Shown: positions 37,663-47,806, counted from the first letter of the stretch. The stretch: 64,000 nt of DNA from Vicinamibacteria bacterium (GCA_963739995.1 CAVUCH010000001.1:153521-217520); one strand, 5' to 3'. Program-made: numbers and translations. Notes: generated from the letters alone by a model not told the origin.

Positions 37663-39441
37663 ATGCGAAGGCCGATACTCGCGGACGTCGAGCAGACGCT
37701 GCTCGCCGACGAGCGGAGGGCTCTGTCGACGCTGCGCGACGCGCTCGGCCAGCTCGACGCGTCGGCCGACAGCGTGGCGGCACTCGCGCAATCGATCGAA
37801 CAGCTGGACGAACTCTTCCTCGTGGTGATCGTCGGAGAGTTCAACTCGGGAAAGAGCGCGTTCATCAACGCCCTGCTCGGCGCGCCCGTGCTGAAGGAAG
37901 GCGTCACCCCGACCACCGCCCAGGTGCACGTGCTGCAGTTCGGGCCCGAGCCCACCCGGCACGAGCGCAGGCCGCACCTCCACGTGATCAGCGCGCCCGT
38001 CGATCTGCTGCGCGAGATTCACATCGTCGACACGCCCGGCACCAACGCCGTGATTCGCGAGCACGAGGCGATCACGGCGGAGTTCGTGCCGCGGTCCGAC
38101 CTCGTGCTGTTCGTGACATCGGCTGATCGCCCGTTCACCGAAAGCGAGCGGCTCTTCCTGGAAGGTGTGCGGGAGTGGGGCAAGAAGATCCTCGTGGTGA
38201 TCAACAAGGTGGACCTCTTGGAGACGCCCGCGCAGCTCGAGGAGGTCCGCGGATTTGTCGCGGACCAGGGGCGGCGGCTGCTCGGGACCGAACCCGAGAT
38301 TTTCCCCGTCAGCGCCCGCCTGGCGCAGCGGGCCAAGGCGGGCGACCCGGCCGCCTGGGCGCCGAGCGGCTTCGAGCGGCTCGAAACCTACATTCGTGAG
38401 CGCCTCGACGAACACGAGCGCGTGCGCTTGAAGCTCGCGAACCCGCTGGGCGTGGGGCTGACGCTCGTGCGTCGTTATCTGGACGTGGTGGGCGGACGTC
38501 TGGGCCTGCTCGCGGAGGACGTGCAGCTGCTCGACGACGTGGACCGCCAGCTCGCCGTGCAGCGCGAGGACATGGACCGGCAGTTCGAGCTGCGCACGGC
38601 GGAGATCGAAAAGACGCTGATCGAGATGGAGGTCCGCGGGCACGCCTACTTCGACGAGATGCTCCGCGTCGCCCGCGTGTTCGATTTGTTCAACACCGCG
38701 CGCGTGCAGGAAGGGTTCGAACGCCAGGTGGTCGCCGACACGCCGCGCGAAATCGAGCGCCTGGTGGGCGAGCTGATCGACTGGCTGGTCGATGCCGACT
38801 TCCGGCAGTGGCAGCGGGTCACCTCACACCTGGCCGACCGCCGGCGGCAGCATCGTGAGCGGATCGTCGGCGATCCCGAGGTCGCGAGCTTCCACATCGA
38901 GCGCACGCGGCTGATCGAGTCCGTCGGCGGTGAGGCCCAGCGGGTTGTGGACAGTTACGATCGCAGGCGCGAGGCCGCGGCACTCGCGGAGAGCGCGCGC
39001 AACGCCGTCGCAACGGCGGCGGCCGTTGGCGCGGGCGCGCTCGGGCTGGGTGCAGTGATCACGCTTGTCGCCACGACCGCGGCGGCAGACGTGACGGGTG
39101 TGCTGCTGGCCGGCGTGCTCGGCACGCTCGGGCTGTTCGTCATCCCGGCGCGCCGTCGCAAGGCGAAGTCCGAGCTCCGGACGAAGATCACGGCGATGCG
39201 CGAAACGCTGTCGCGGGCGCTTCGGGCGCAGTTCGAACGCGAGCTGCGCCGCAGCAGCGATCGGTTGTCCGAAAGCATCGCCCCCTACAGCCGCTTCGTG
39301 CGCGCAGAACAGCAGTCGCTCACGAACACACGGCATCAGCTCGCCACGCTTCAGGACGAGATGATCATGCTGCAGGGGCGCGTGAATGCGATCGGCAGTG
39401 AGAATCGAGGAGAAAGAGTAAAACCGAAGACCGAAGAATGA
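37663..39441 (+). CDS. Bacterial dynamin-like GTPase
   Basis: G1 GEFNSGKS, G2 PTT, G3 DTPG, G4 NKVD; long helical stalk with a hydrophobic paddle near the C-terminus. Confidence 0.9.
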   Translation: MRRPILADVEQTLLADERRALSTLRDALGQLDASADSVAALAQSIEQLDELFLVVIVGEFNSGKSAFINALLGAPVLKEGVTPTTAQVHVLQFGPEPTRHERRPHLHVISAPVDLLREIHIVDTPGTNAVIREHEAITAEFVPRSDLVLFVTSADRPFTESERLFLEGVREWGKKILVVINKVDLLETPAQLEEVRGFVADQGRRLLGTEPEIFPVSARLAQRAKAGDPAAWAPSGFERLETYIRERLDEHERVRLKLANPLGVGLTLVRRYLDVVGGRLGLLAEDVQLLDDVDRQLAVQREDMDRQFELRTAEIEKTLIEMEVRGHAYFDEMLRVARVFDLFNTARVQEGFERQVVADTPREIERLVGELIDWLVDADFRQWQRVTSHLADRRRQHRERIVGDPEVASFHIERTRLIESVGGEAQRVVDSYDRRREAAALAESARNAVATAAAVGAGALGLGAVITLVATTAAADVTGVLLAGVLGTLGLFVIPARRRKAKSELRTKITAMRETLSRALRAQFERELRRSSDRLSESIAPYSRFVRAEQQSLTNTRHQLATLQDEMIMLQGRVNAIGSENRGERVKPKTEE

Positions 39442-39444
39442 AGG

Positions 39445-39591
39445 TCAGAAATCGGATGAACGCCGGTCTGCCTTGTGCCGCGCCAGCCAGCCATCACTGA
39501 CCGCACCCATATCGGGCTCACGGGTCGAGAGGCGCAGGAGCACAAGCACCAGAAGGGTGAAGATAATCCCGCCGGCCAGCCAGAACCACAT
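39445..39591 (-). CDS. Small single-pass membrane protein (48 aa)
   Basis: N-terminal TM segment followed by DMGAVSDGWLARH. Confidence 0.6.
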   Translation of the reverse strand: MWFWLAGGIIFTLLVLVLLRLSTREPDMGAVSDGWLARHKADRRSSDF

Positions 39592-39901
39592 GACGGCACC
39601 TTGCGTTCGCTGTGGACGCGGCGAACGAAAAGCAAGCATATCCGCACGATCCGTGTGCCCGCAAGCTGATCGGCAACCATCGCGATCCAGTTCGCCCGCC
39701 CGTCGCGGGAAGGGCGGTCAGCCGCGAGTCCAGCGGCGAACGGGCGCGAGAGGACCAATACCGTTGACGGGCGCCTCCATTGTTTGGAGTAAATCGGGAC
39801 CTGAGTGGACTGCCCGCGTCGGCAGCGTGGGCCGCCGTGAGGGCCGTCGGACAAACGCCGCGCGAGAGAGTGCGCGGCCCTGCCCGACCTGCAGCGCGTG
39901 G

Positions 39902-40276
39902 CTACTTCGACCGATTGCGCTTGCGGCCCCGCTTCTTTCCGGCCCCGCCTTGAGCGGTGGGCGACGCGTCTGCCGCGCCGGACTTTTCGGCGCGTCGCGC
40001 TGCCCAATAGGCCCGCATGCGCTCGCCAACGGCCTTGCGCTGCGCGGGAGACATGCCGCCGCGGCGTCTGCGGGACGGCCGAGCCGGCGCAGCACCCTGG
40101 CTCGTTCGCGTCTGAGCGGCGCGCGTCTGGCCTGACGACGATCCGCGCAGAGCAGGAAAGGCCGCCAGCAGCGCGGCCTGTTCCGCACGCAATGCTTCGA
40201 GACGCGCCTCCGCGCCTGCGCGCGCGAGATCCTGCATATTGATGCCGCTGTTCGACCCTGTCTTTCTCTTTGCCAT
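39902..40276 (-). CDS. Small basic putative nucleoid-associated protein
   Basis: GGAGG SD; N-terminal coiled coil, linker, RRRRGGMSPAQRKAVGERMRAYWAARR, basic tail; AT-rich upstream region. Confidence 0.75.
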   Translation of the reverse strand: MAKRKTGSNSGINMQDLARAGAEARLEALRAEQAALLAAFPALRGSSSGQTRAAQTRTSQGAAPARPSRRRRGGMSPAQRKAVGERMRAYWAARRAEKSGAADASPTAQGGAGKKRGRKRNRSK

Positions 40277-40440
40277 CAAAACCTCCAACCCCGCATCATA
40301 GTCGAGAATGTTATAGGACGAAAGTACCAATAACTCGAGCGATGCTCACATACCTAGAGTCGAACTTGCGTGTGAGCTGCCGAAACGAACTCTAAGTCTA
40401 TGACGATGAGGAATCGAACGCCCAACCTATGTCAATGCGA

Positions 40441-41352
40441 TCAGCGCGCCACCCGCGCCGGGCTGCACGGGCTGGTTCCGGTATCGGTGAACGACTGACC
40501 TTCTACCGCCACGAAGGCCCACTCGTAACGGCCGGGCAGAAGCACCAGCTTCAACACCCCGTAGCTCGCGTTCTCGCGCACTTCGCTGTGCGGAGCCACG
40601 CGCTTCACGTGGTAGACGCCCCCGCCCCCGGTGCCGACCACGAACTGGCGCATTCCGCCCACAGGATCGGGGCGGCCCCCGGCGTCGAGGGGCGCGAAGC
40701 GCTCGTAATGATGGTCATGGCCGCTCAAGGCCACGTCGGCGCCGCCAGCGGCGAGTTGGCGCCATAGTTCCATCATCTCGAGATTGATCCCGTGGGGACC
40801 GGAGCTGAAAGCGGGGATGTGAAAGTAGGCCAGCACGCAGTCGCCTGAGTGAGCCTGCAGATCGTCGGCGAGCCATCTGCCCTGCGGAGAGCGCGGACCA
40901 ACCGGAATGGCACTATTCAAAGATATGATGTGCCACGTGCCGAGGTCGAAACTGTAGTAGCCGCGGCCCGGTGGCCCGGCCCGGTCCCCGAAGTACCCGA
41001 AATAGCCGGCGGCGTTGCGCGTTTCATAGTCGTGATTACCCGGTGCGGGACGTGTGCGACCCAGATGACGGCCCCAGGTCGGGCCGTAGCATTTCTCGAA
41101 CTCCCGCGCCGTACCCGACTCATACGCGTTGTCGCCCAGTGTCAGGATGGTTCCCGCCAGCCGATCCAGCAACCGCGCCGTCGCCGCGGCGCCGCCGATG
41201 ATGGTGCACCGTGCGATGTCGCCGGCCGCCAGCACTACCGGAGGAGACTCGGGCAGCGCCGCTGGCGCGGGCTGCCCGCCGGCAGTCGGCTGCATCGCGA
41301 GCAGCAGCACCAGCACGAGCAGCCACGGGTGATGTCTATCTACAGACGTCAT
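40441..41352 (-). CDS. Exported calcineurin-like metallophosphoesterase
   Basis: Signal peptide; AAGDI, LGDNAY, PGNHDY, YFHIP, SGHDHHYER. Confidence 0.9.
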   Translation of the reverse strand: MTSVDRHHPWLLVLVLLLAMQPTAGGQPAPAALPESPPVVLAAGDIARCTIIGGAAATARLLDRLAGTILTLGDNAYESGTAREFEKCYGPTWGRHLGRTRPAPGNHDYETRNAAGYFGYFGDRAGPPGRGYYSFDLGTWHIISLNSAIPVGPRSPQGRWLADDLQAHSGDCVLAYFHIPAFSSGPHGINLEMMELWRQLAAGGADVALSGHDHHYERFAPLDAGGRPDPVGGMRQFVVGTGGGGVYHVKRVAPHSEVRENASYGVLKLVLLPGRYEWAFVAVEGQSFTDTGTSPCSPARVAR

Positions 41353-41382
41353 GTCAGGCGCACCGGAGTGGACCCTCGCGTG

Positions 41383-42222
41383 TCAGCGCGTGACGAAGTC
41401 CGGGTCCGCCGCCATCTGCTTCTCGAACCCCGCCTTCATCAAGTCGCGCCTCTGGATCACCGCCTTGATTTCGCCCTTGCCCATCCACGGACTCAGCACC
41501 GGCTCGAGTGCTTCCAACGTCAGGGCACTCATCTTGTCCCACAGCGGTCCATCGATGCGGGTCATCTTCTTGTGGACGAGGTCTTTGTCTGTCGTAAAGG
41601 CACGCGTATGGTCGATCAGGATCAGGTTCCACGCAGGATCCACGAGCCAGTTTCCGAGATTGGGGTCTTTGTTGCCAATGAGGTTGTCGAACATCTTGGC
41701 GCGAGCGAGCTGCCGGTTCCAGGAGGCGTGGTGCTGCGGCGGCGCAGTGGGCACGCCTTTCAGCTGGCCGAAGCTCTTGGTCTGCGAGCACCACATGATC
41801 GCCGCGCCGAGCGTGTTGTTCACGCGACGCTCCACGGTGGGTGGCACCATATCGAGGCCCAGCAGCTTGTCCATCTCGTACGCGGCAATCTCGGACTTGT
41901 AGCTCTCCCAGAACCCCGAGGGGCGGCCGGGCGGGACGACCTTCCACGCGAACGCTTCGACCGGCCCGCCGGGCGCAAGCTTCGCGCGACGCGGCTTCGT
42001 GACGCCGATAGGCAGGTCCTCGAGGGCCACGACTTCCGCTGTCTTGAGATACGCCTCAATCTGCTCACGGGTGTCCAGCCATGTCTTCGCCGAGACTTCC
42101 CCCGTCGCAGTCGCAGCTGCCGTGCCGGTCGCCGTTGCCGCCGTGGGGCCCTGCCCATACACATGCGCGCCGAAAAACACGAGCGTGATGACAACCGTGG
42201 TCAGACGTGCAGCACTCCGCAT
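41383..42222 (-). CDS. Exported atypical kinase-like protein (PI3/4K-, HipA- or Fam20-like fold)
   Basis: GGAGG SD; signal peptide; IGVTKP, AWK, YKSEIAAY..LLGLDMVPPTV, FDNLIGNKDPNLGN, LIDHTRAF. Confidence 0.72.
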   Translation of the reverse strand: MRSAARLTTVVITLVFFGAHVYGQGPTAATATGTAAATATGEVSAKTWLDTREQIEAYLKTAEVVALEDLPIGVTKPRRAKLAPGGPVEAFAWKVVPPGRPSGFWESYKSEIAAYEMDKLLGLDMVPPTVERRVNNTLGAAIMWCSQTKSFGQLKGVPTAPPQHHASWNRQLARAKMFDNLIGNKDPNLGNWLVDPAWNLILIDHTRAFTTDKDLVHKKMTRIDGPLWDKMSALTLEALEPVLSPWMGKGEIKAVIQRRDLMKAGFEKQMAADPDFVTR

Positions 42223-42251
42223 GTAACCTCCTCTACTCGAGACGCTCACCG

Positions 42252-43149
42252 CTATCGGAACGTGGGAAACAGCTGCTTCAACTCCGCCTCTGTCGCGGGA
42301 CGCCCGTACTGGTTCACCTGGAACGCCTCGGCGTATCTCACGAGGCGGCCCCGCGCGTCACCGTACAGCGCCAGCAGGCGGTCTCGGGTCCTGATCCGCC
42401 ACGGCGGCGCTCCGCCCTTTCACGCCCTCGAGAAGAAACGCCTGCCGTTCGGCGTCCCCGCCCGGCACACCTGGCCGCGTGCGGGCCTGCCACGAATCCT
42501 TGTCACCGAACTGCGAGGGCATCGCGGCGATGCACGCCCATTTCTTCTCAGCGACCGAGTCGATGTCGACGACAATGCTCGGCACGAACGGATACGGTTG
42601 CTGAAAACCATCGGAATAGTACAGGAACACGGGATTGCGCTCGACCGCTTTCGTATGCGGGACGAAAAAGGGCGCGACCACCACGACGGCCGCATCGTCC
42701 ATCAGCACGCCCGTGTACCGGTGGTCCGGATGGTAATCGTATGGGCGGTGGCCCATGACGATGTCGGCCTGCCACTCGCGAATGAGCCGGGCGACGGTCT
42801 TCCGGTTCTCGAGCGACGGCGTGAGCTCGCCGTCGTGTATGTCGAGCACGTCGGTTTCGATCCCGAGGTGCCGGTGACAGTCTTCAACTTCCGCCCGGCG
42901 ACGCTGCGCGAGCGGACCGCCAGCCATCGCGAAGTGACCGATGTCGCCGTTGGTCATCGCGACGAGCTTTACCTTGTGCCCCTGTGCCGCCCACAGCGCG
43001 GCCACCCCGCTCGCCTTCAACTCCGCGTCGTCCGGGTGCGCGCCGAACGCGATGATGCGCAGCGGTGGCGCGGCCGGCGACTGCATCGATGCCGGCCGCA
43101 CGGCGGACATCACCAGGAGCACGGACGCCGCAACGACGACGCGCAGCAT
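42252..43149 (-). CDS. PIG-L/LmbE family deacetylase, exported (frameshift near 42390)
   Basis: FGAHPDDAE, RRAE, HDGEL, DYHPDH; C-terminus YAEAFQVNQYG..LFPTFR* in another frame. Confidence 0.88.
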
Positions 43150-43721
43150 GGAATCCCTTTTCGTCCGATCGAGGTCGGCAGGTGTTCTCAGGTTCGTGAG
43201 AGGACCACGTCCCGAGCTCAGAGCGTGTGTGAGCGTCGCGCGCCTCAGGTACGCCGCCGGGACGCAGTGTATCGCAACCGGCCGTCGTGGCTCAGGGCCG
43301 CCCGGGAGGAGGCGCGGGACTCGCCAAAAGAGGCGAGCGTTGCTCAGGCAATCGCGCGTACGCACCGCGGCTGCCCACTTTTTCCATGACCTTCCTCACG
43401 CGACGGGGAGGAGGCGGTTTTCGCTGCGGTGCGAGCGTGGCACTACGCTTGCTCTGACAGGAAGCAACCGCGCTCGTTCAGCACTCTGCGGAACGGCAAA
43501 CAACCCATCCCACGGACGGGAGGCCTCTCGCCTCCCGCCTCGCCTTGTACGCGCGGCGGCACGTCGGGCGGTTCCCAAACCGGAAGCGCACGCTCGAGGG
43601 CAAGCAGGCGTGTCGAGGCGGCTGCCACGTCTGCGGGCATCCCGCCGAACCGGCTGGGGCATGGACCCCCGGTGGACTATGCTTGGAGAGGCGCTTCCGC
43701 CACAGTTCACGAGCATCGCCC

Positions 43722-46622
43722 ATGGACGTCCCCGCGTCGCTCGGGCCTGCCGATCCAGCGCCCGTTCCGCCGCAATCCACCGCGCGCGTGCGCGCGTGGA
43801 TCCTGGGCGGGCTGCTCATCTCGCTCAGCCTCGCCCTCGCCTTCGCGCACTCGCGCCAGGAGCGGCCGTCGCTCGATCTCGGGGCAGAGATTCCATTCGA
43901 CTCGGCCGTAAAGACCGGATCGCTGCCGAATGGGCTCGCGTTCTATATCCGTTACAACACCAGGCCGGCCGGGCGCGTGCTGCTGCGCCTCGCCGTCAAG
44001 GCCGGCTCGCTCGATGAGGCAGACGACCAACAGGGGCTCGCGCATTTCCTCGAGCACATGGCCTTCAACGGCAGCCAGCACTTCACTCCTGGGGAGTTCA
44101 TTTCGTACTTCGAATCGATCGGCGCGCGGCTCGGCCCACACGTCAACGCGTACACCGGGTTCGAAGAGACGGTCTACATGCTCGACCTGCCGGCCGACAA
44201 ACCGGAAATCGTGGCCCGTGGCTTTATGGCGCTCGCCGACATCGCCGGCGGGTTGACGATCGATCCCGGACAGGTAGAGAAGGAACGCGGCGTCGTCATC
44301 GAGGAGTGGCGCGGCGGACTCGGTGCCGGCTCCCGCATCCGGGATCGACAGGTGCCCGTCCTCTACTTCCAGTCGCGCTACGCAGAGCGGCTGCCGATCG
44401 GGAAGCCGGACGTGCTCCGCACCGCCCCGGCGCAGCGCCTTCGGGCCTTCTACGACACCTTCTATCGCCCTGACCGGATGGCGCTCGTTCTGGTCGGCGA
44501 TGCCGATCCTGGCGGACTCGAGGCATCGCTGCGGACTACGTTCGGTCCGCTCCGTGCCAGGAGCGCCACGCCGCCGCCCCCACGAAACGACAAGGTTCCG
44601 CTGCACGATCAGACGCTCGTCAGCGTCGTCGCCGACCCGGAAGCGTCCGGTTCATCGGTCAGCATCATGCGAAAGCGCCCCGCAGAGCCCCAGTCGCGGG
44701 TCGGCGACTATCGCCGGTCGCTGCTGCAGCGGCTCGCCGAGCGGATCTTGAACGAGCGCTTCGAGGACCTCGTGCGGCGGCCCGACGCGAAAGTGCTCGG
44801 GCTGGGAGCCGCTAATCGCCGGCTGAGCCCGGGCGTGACGGCGTTCTCGCTCAGCGCTGGCGTACCTGACGGACGGCTCGACGATGGCGTCGTCACGCTC
44901 GTGGTCGAAGCGAATCGTGTGCGGCAGCACGGCGTTGGCTCAGCGGAACTGGATCGCGCGAAGCGGTGGATGTCGGCGTTCTACTCTCGCGCCCTGAAGG
45001 AGCGCGACAAGACTGAGAGCGCGTCGTACGCCCGCGAGTACGTCTCGCACTTCCTGGAAGGCGAACCCAGCCCCGGCATTGTCTACGAGTACGACTTGGG
45101 AAGTCAGTTCGTTCCCGGGATGACGACGGGGGAGGTCTCGGACCTGCTCAAGCAGTTGCTTGGCGATACGAGTCGTGTCGTGCTTGCGCTGTCACCGCAA
45201 AAGGCAGGCATTCAGGTGCCGGACGAGAGCGAGATTCGAGCATCGATCACCTCCGCCGAGACGGTTGCTGTGCTGCCCTGGGCCGACACCGCGTCTACTC
45301 GCGTGCTCATGGAACAGATTCCGGACCCGGCAGAGGTTGTCGAGCGGCGGGAACGGGCGGATCTCGGTGTGACCATCGTCCGTTTCGCGAACGGGGTCGA
45401 GGCGTGGCTGAAGCCCACCGATTTCAAGAACGATGAGATCGTGTTCACGATGTACGCGCCGGGCGGCCTGTCGCTCGCCGCGCCGTCAGACTACGCCGAG
45501 GCCTCGCTCGCGACCGCGTACGTCGGCCTGTCAGGCGCCGGCGGTCTGAAGGCCTTCGAGCTCCAGAAGCTGCTGGCTGGGCAGCTGGCGTCGGTGTCGC
45601 CGTTCGTATCGATGCAGATGCAGGGCATCAACGGATCCGCCGCGCCTGCGCAGCTCGAGACGGCGCTGCAGCTGGCGCACCTGCGGTTCGCCGCCCCGGG
45701 CGACGATCCCGACGCGCTTGCGCTGCTGAAGCGGCAGCTCGATGCGACGCTCGCCAATCGCGCTCAGAACCCAATGCGGGTGTTCGGGGAAACGTTGGGT
45801 GAGGTCAATACCTCCGGGCACTACGCCTCGGAGCCGCTGACGCGCGAGCGCGTCGCGTCGCTCGATCGCGCCCGGATGCTGGCGTTCTACAAGGCCCGGT
45901 TCTCGAACGCCGCAGACTTCACGGTGTTCATGGCGGGCGCATTCCAGCCGGATCAGGCCATTCCGCTGCTGGCGCGCTACGTGGGCACGCTGCCGTCCAC
46001 CGGACAGCGGACCTCGCAGGCAAAGGATGTGGGGCTGCAGTTCCCCGCCGAGATCCAGCGTGCCCAGGTCGCCCTTGGCCGTGAGCCGCGCAGCCAGGCT
46101 GTTCTCAGCTTCTTTGCCGATCCGGCGCCCGAACCCGCCGAGCAGGTGCGTGTCACGGCGGCTACGGACGTGCTCGAGATCACGCTTCGCGACATCCTTC
46201 GGGAGGAGTTGGGCCAGACATACAACGTGTCAGCAGACCTGGTGCAGCGTCTGCCTCTACGTGGGGCGGGCCACATCAGCGTGGGGTTCGGTGCTGATCC
46301 GGCGAATCTCGACGCGATGATCGCGCGCGTGCTGGAGGAGGTGGCGCGCCTGCAGAAGGAGGGCCCCACACCAGACCTCACCAACCGCGCCAAGGAGGGG
46401 GCGCGCCGCAGCCTTGAAACCGCGACGCGGCAGAACGGCTACTGGATCGGCAGCCTGCAGACCGCCCACCTGCTGGGCCGTGACCCCGGCGAGATGCTCG
46501 AGCGTCCGCAACGGATCGCGGAGGTCACCCCTGACGTGTTGCGCGACGTGTTCCGCCGGTATTTCCCCCTGGAGCGATACACCGTCGTCACGCTGGTTCC
46601 GGGCACCACGACGGCACAGTAG
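43722..46622 (+). CDS. M16 family zinc peptidase (PqqL/pitrilysin-like)
   Basis: GLAHFLEHMAFNG (HxxEH), NAYT, KERGVVIEE, RLPIG, LREELG..Y; N-terminal TM/signal segment. Confidence 0.93.
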   Translation: MDVPASLGPADPAPVPPQSTARVRAWILGGLLISLSLALAFAHSRQERPSLDLGAEIPFDSAVKTGSLPNGLAFYIRYNTRPAGRVLLRLAVKAGSLDEADDQQGLAHFLEHMAFNGSQHFTPGEFISYFESIGARLGPHVNAYTGFEETVYMLDLPADKPEIVARGFMALADIAGGLTIDPGQVEKERGVVIEEWRGGLGAGSRIRDRQVPVLYFQSRYAERLPIGKPDVLRTAPAQRLRAFYDTFYRPDRMALVLVGDADPGGLEASLRTTFGPLRARSATPPPPRNDKVPLHDQTLVSVVADPEASGSSVSIMRKRPAEPQSRVGDYRRSLLQRLAERILNERFEDLVRRPDAKVLGLGAANRRLSPGVTAFSLSAGVPDGRLDDGVVTLVVEANRVRQHGVGSAELDRAKRWMSAFYSRALKERDKTESASYAREYVSHFLEGEPSPGIVYEYDLGSQFVPGMTTGEVSDLLKQLLGDTSRVVLALSPQKAGIQVPDESEIRASITSAETVAVLPWADTASTRVLMEQIPDPAEVVERRERADLGVTIVRFANGVEAWLKPTDFKNDEIVFTMYAPGGLSLAAPSDYAEASLATAYVGLSGAGGLKAFELQKLLAGQLASVSPFVSMQMQGINGSAAPAQLETALQLAHLRFAAPGDDPDALALLKRQLDATLANRAQNPMRVFGETLGEVNTSGHYASEPLTRERVASLDRARMLAFYKARFSNAADFTVFMAGAFQPDQAIPLLARYVGTLPSTGQRTSQAKDVGLQFPAEIQRAQVALGREPRSQAVLSFFADPAPEPAEQVRVTAATDVLEITLRDILREELGQTYNVSADLVQRLPLRGAGHISVGFGADPANLDAMIARVLEEVARLQKEGPTPDLTNRAKEGARRSLETATRQNGYWIGSLQTAHLLGRDPGEMLERPQRIAEVTPDVLRDVFRRYFPLERYTVVTLVPGTTTAQ

Positions 46623-46754
46623 GTGTACGGGCCCGGTAGGTGCGAGGCACGGCGTAGCGGCTCGTATGGCCCGCCCTTGTCGGTCGCTCGGCCAGCGAAT
46701 GCGAAACAGATTGGTGCAGCGGAGGTGTCGCCGCGGGGTGTCGGGACTGCGCGG

Positions 46755-47426
46755 TCAGACGCTGGGAGCGGGGGTCGTGTTCTTGAAGGTCAACCGCCAC
46801 TGACCCATGCACATGCCGCACTTGTAGGTAACGCTGGACCGGGTGGTCCTCACGACCGTGCAATCAGCATCGCTGCCGCACCGCCGGCAACGCGGCGACA
46901 CCGGAAGTACTCCTGCAGCCGCAACACTGGCCGGTGCCTGCGGCGCCTCGAGGGCTGCGCCCACGGCGACGGCGTCACGCTGCGCCTCCGCGGAACGCTC
47001 GCGGAGCGCAGCCCCGCGATGCAGAAGCCGGGCCGACCGCTGCCGCAGCAAGGCGGCGCGTTCGACGAGCAGCCGGGCGACGTCGACGAGCGTCGAGGCA
47101 GTCACGGGTTTGATCAGGAGCGCGTCGAACCCCGCGGACCGTACGCGCTGTTGCAGCTCGGGGTAGGGCTGGGCCGTGATAGCTAGGACGGGTATGTCAG
47201 CTGTTTCAGGATCGCGCTTGAGCTGTTCGACAACGGAAAACCCGTCGAGCTTCGACATGCACAGGTCGGTGACGATCAATTCCGGCCGCTCAGTTCGCGC
47301 AATCGTGATCGCCTGGTGATCGTCGGTGGCCGTTGTGGTGCGGAACTGCTGGGCACCGTACGCGGCCTCGAACATCCGCCGTGTCTCCGTATCGTTGTCA
47401 GCGATCAGAACGAGCCTGTCGTTCAT
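46755..47426 (-). CDS. Response regulator with coiled coil and C-terminal zinc ribbon
   Basis: LIADND, VTDLCM, ITA, IKP; then CRRC-x19-CGMC-xxxW. Confidence 0.82.
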   Translation of the reverse strand: MNDRLVLIADNDTETRRMFEAAYGAQQFRTTTATDDHQAITIARTERPELIVTDLCMSKLDGFSVVEQLKRDPETADIPVLAITAQPYPELQQRVRSAGFDALLIKPVTASTLVDVARLLVERAALLRQRSARLLHRGAALRERSAEAQRDAVAVGAALEAPQAPASVAAAGVLPVSPRCRRCGSDADCTVVRTTRSSVTYKCGMCMGQWRLTFKNTTPAPSV

Positions 47427-47731
47427 GAGCCCCTCGTGGCGGAGATCAAGCAGTGCCGGGGCGCAATGGCACACCGGCTCGGCACACGCAAACAAGCTGC
47501 CGCAGGCGCGTCCTTACGCAGCGCTCAGAAAGGGTCCGATAGTGTCGCAAAACCCGACAGGCGCGTAAGTCGATCACGCAGCGTCCCTCCCGCGGGCATC
47601 CGGATAGTGTACCAGCCAGAACGCGGAATGCAGGTCAGCAATTTCCCGAGCAACGGCCGGGCTTGCACGGCCCCAAGGCGTTTACGCACGCCAGTTGAGA
47701 GAGCGGGGACGGGGCTGGTATCGGGTGCTCG

Positions 47732-47746
47732 GGCCCGTGAGTTGCA
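47732..47746 (+). promoter_or_regulatory. Candidate sigma54 promoter upstream of the metallothionein
   Basis: GGCCCGTGAGTTGCA has exact GG-N10-GC spacing with TTGCA at -12. Confidence 0.4.
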
Positions 47747-47806
47747 TCAAGCGTGTCGAACCTCGCACTTCGCAGGTTCCCCAGCGCGGCCGAAAAGGAG
47801 CATGTC

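Noticed and set aside
40300-40420. Hammerhead-like fragments (GGACGAAA, GATGAG)
   Set aside because: Core elements are incomplete and in the wrong order; better explained as an AT-rich promoter region.
40849-43389. 846-aa plus-strand ORF
   Set aside because: Antisense to three well-supported minus-strand genes.
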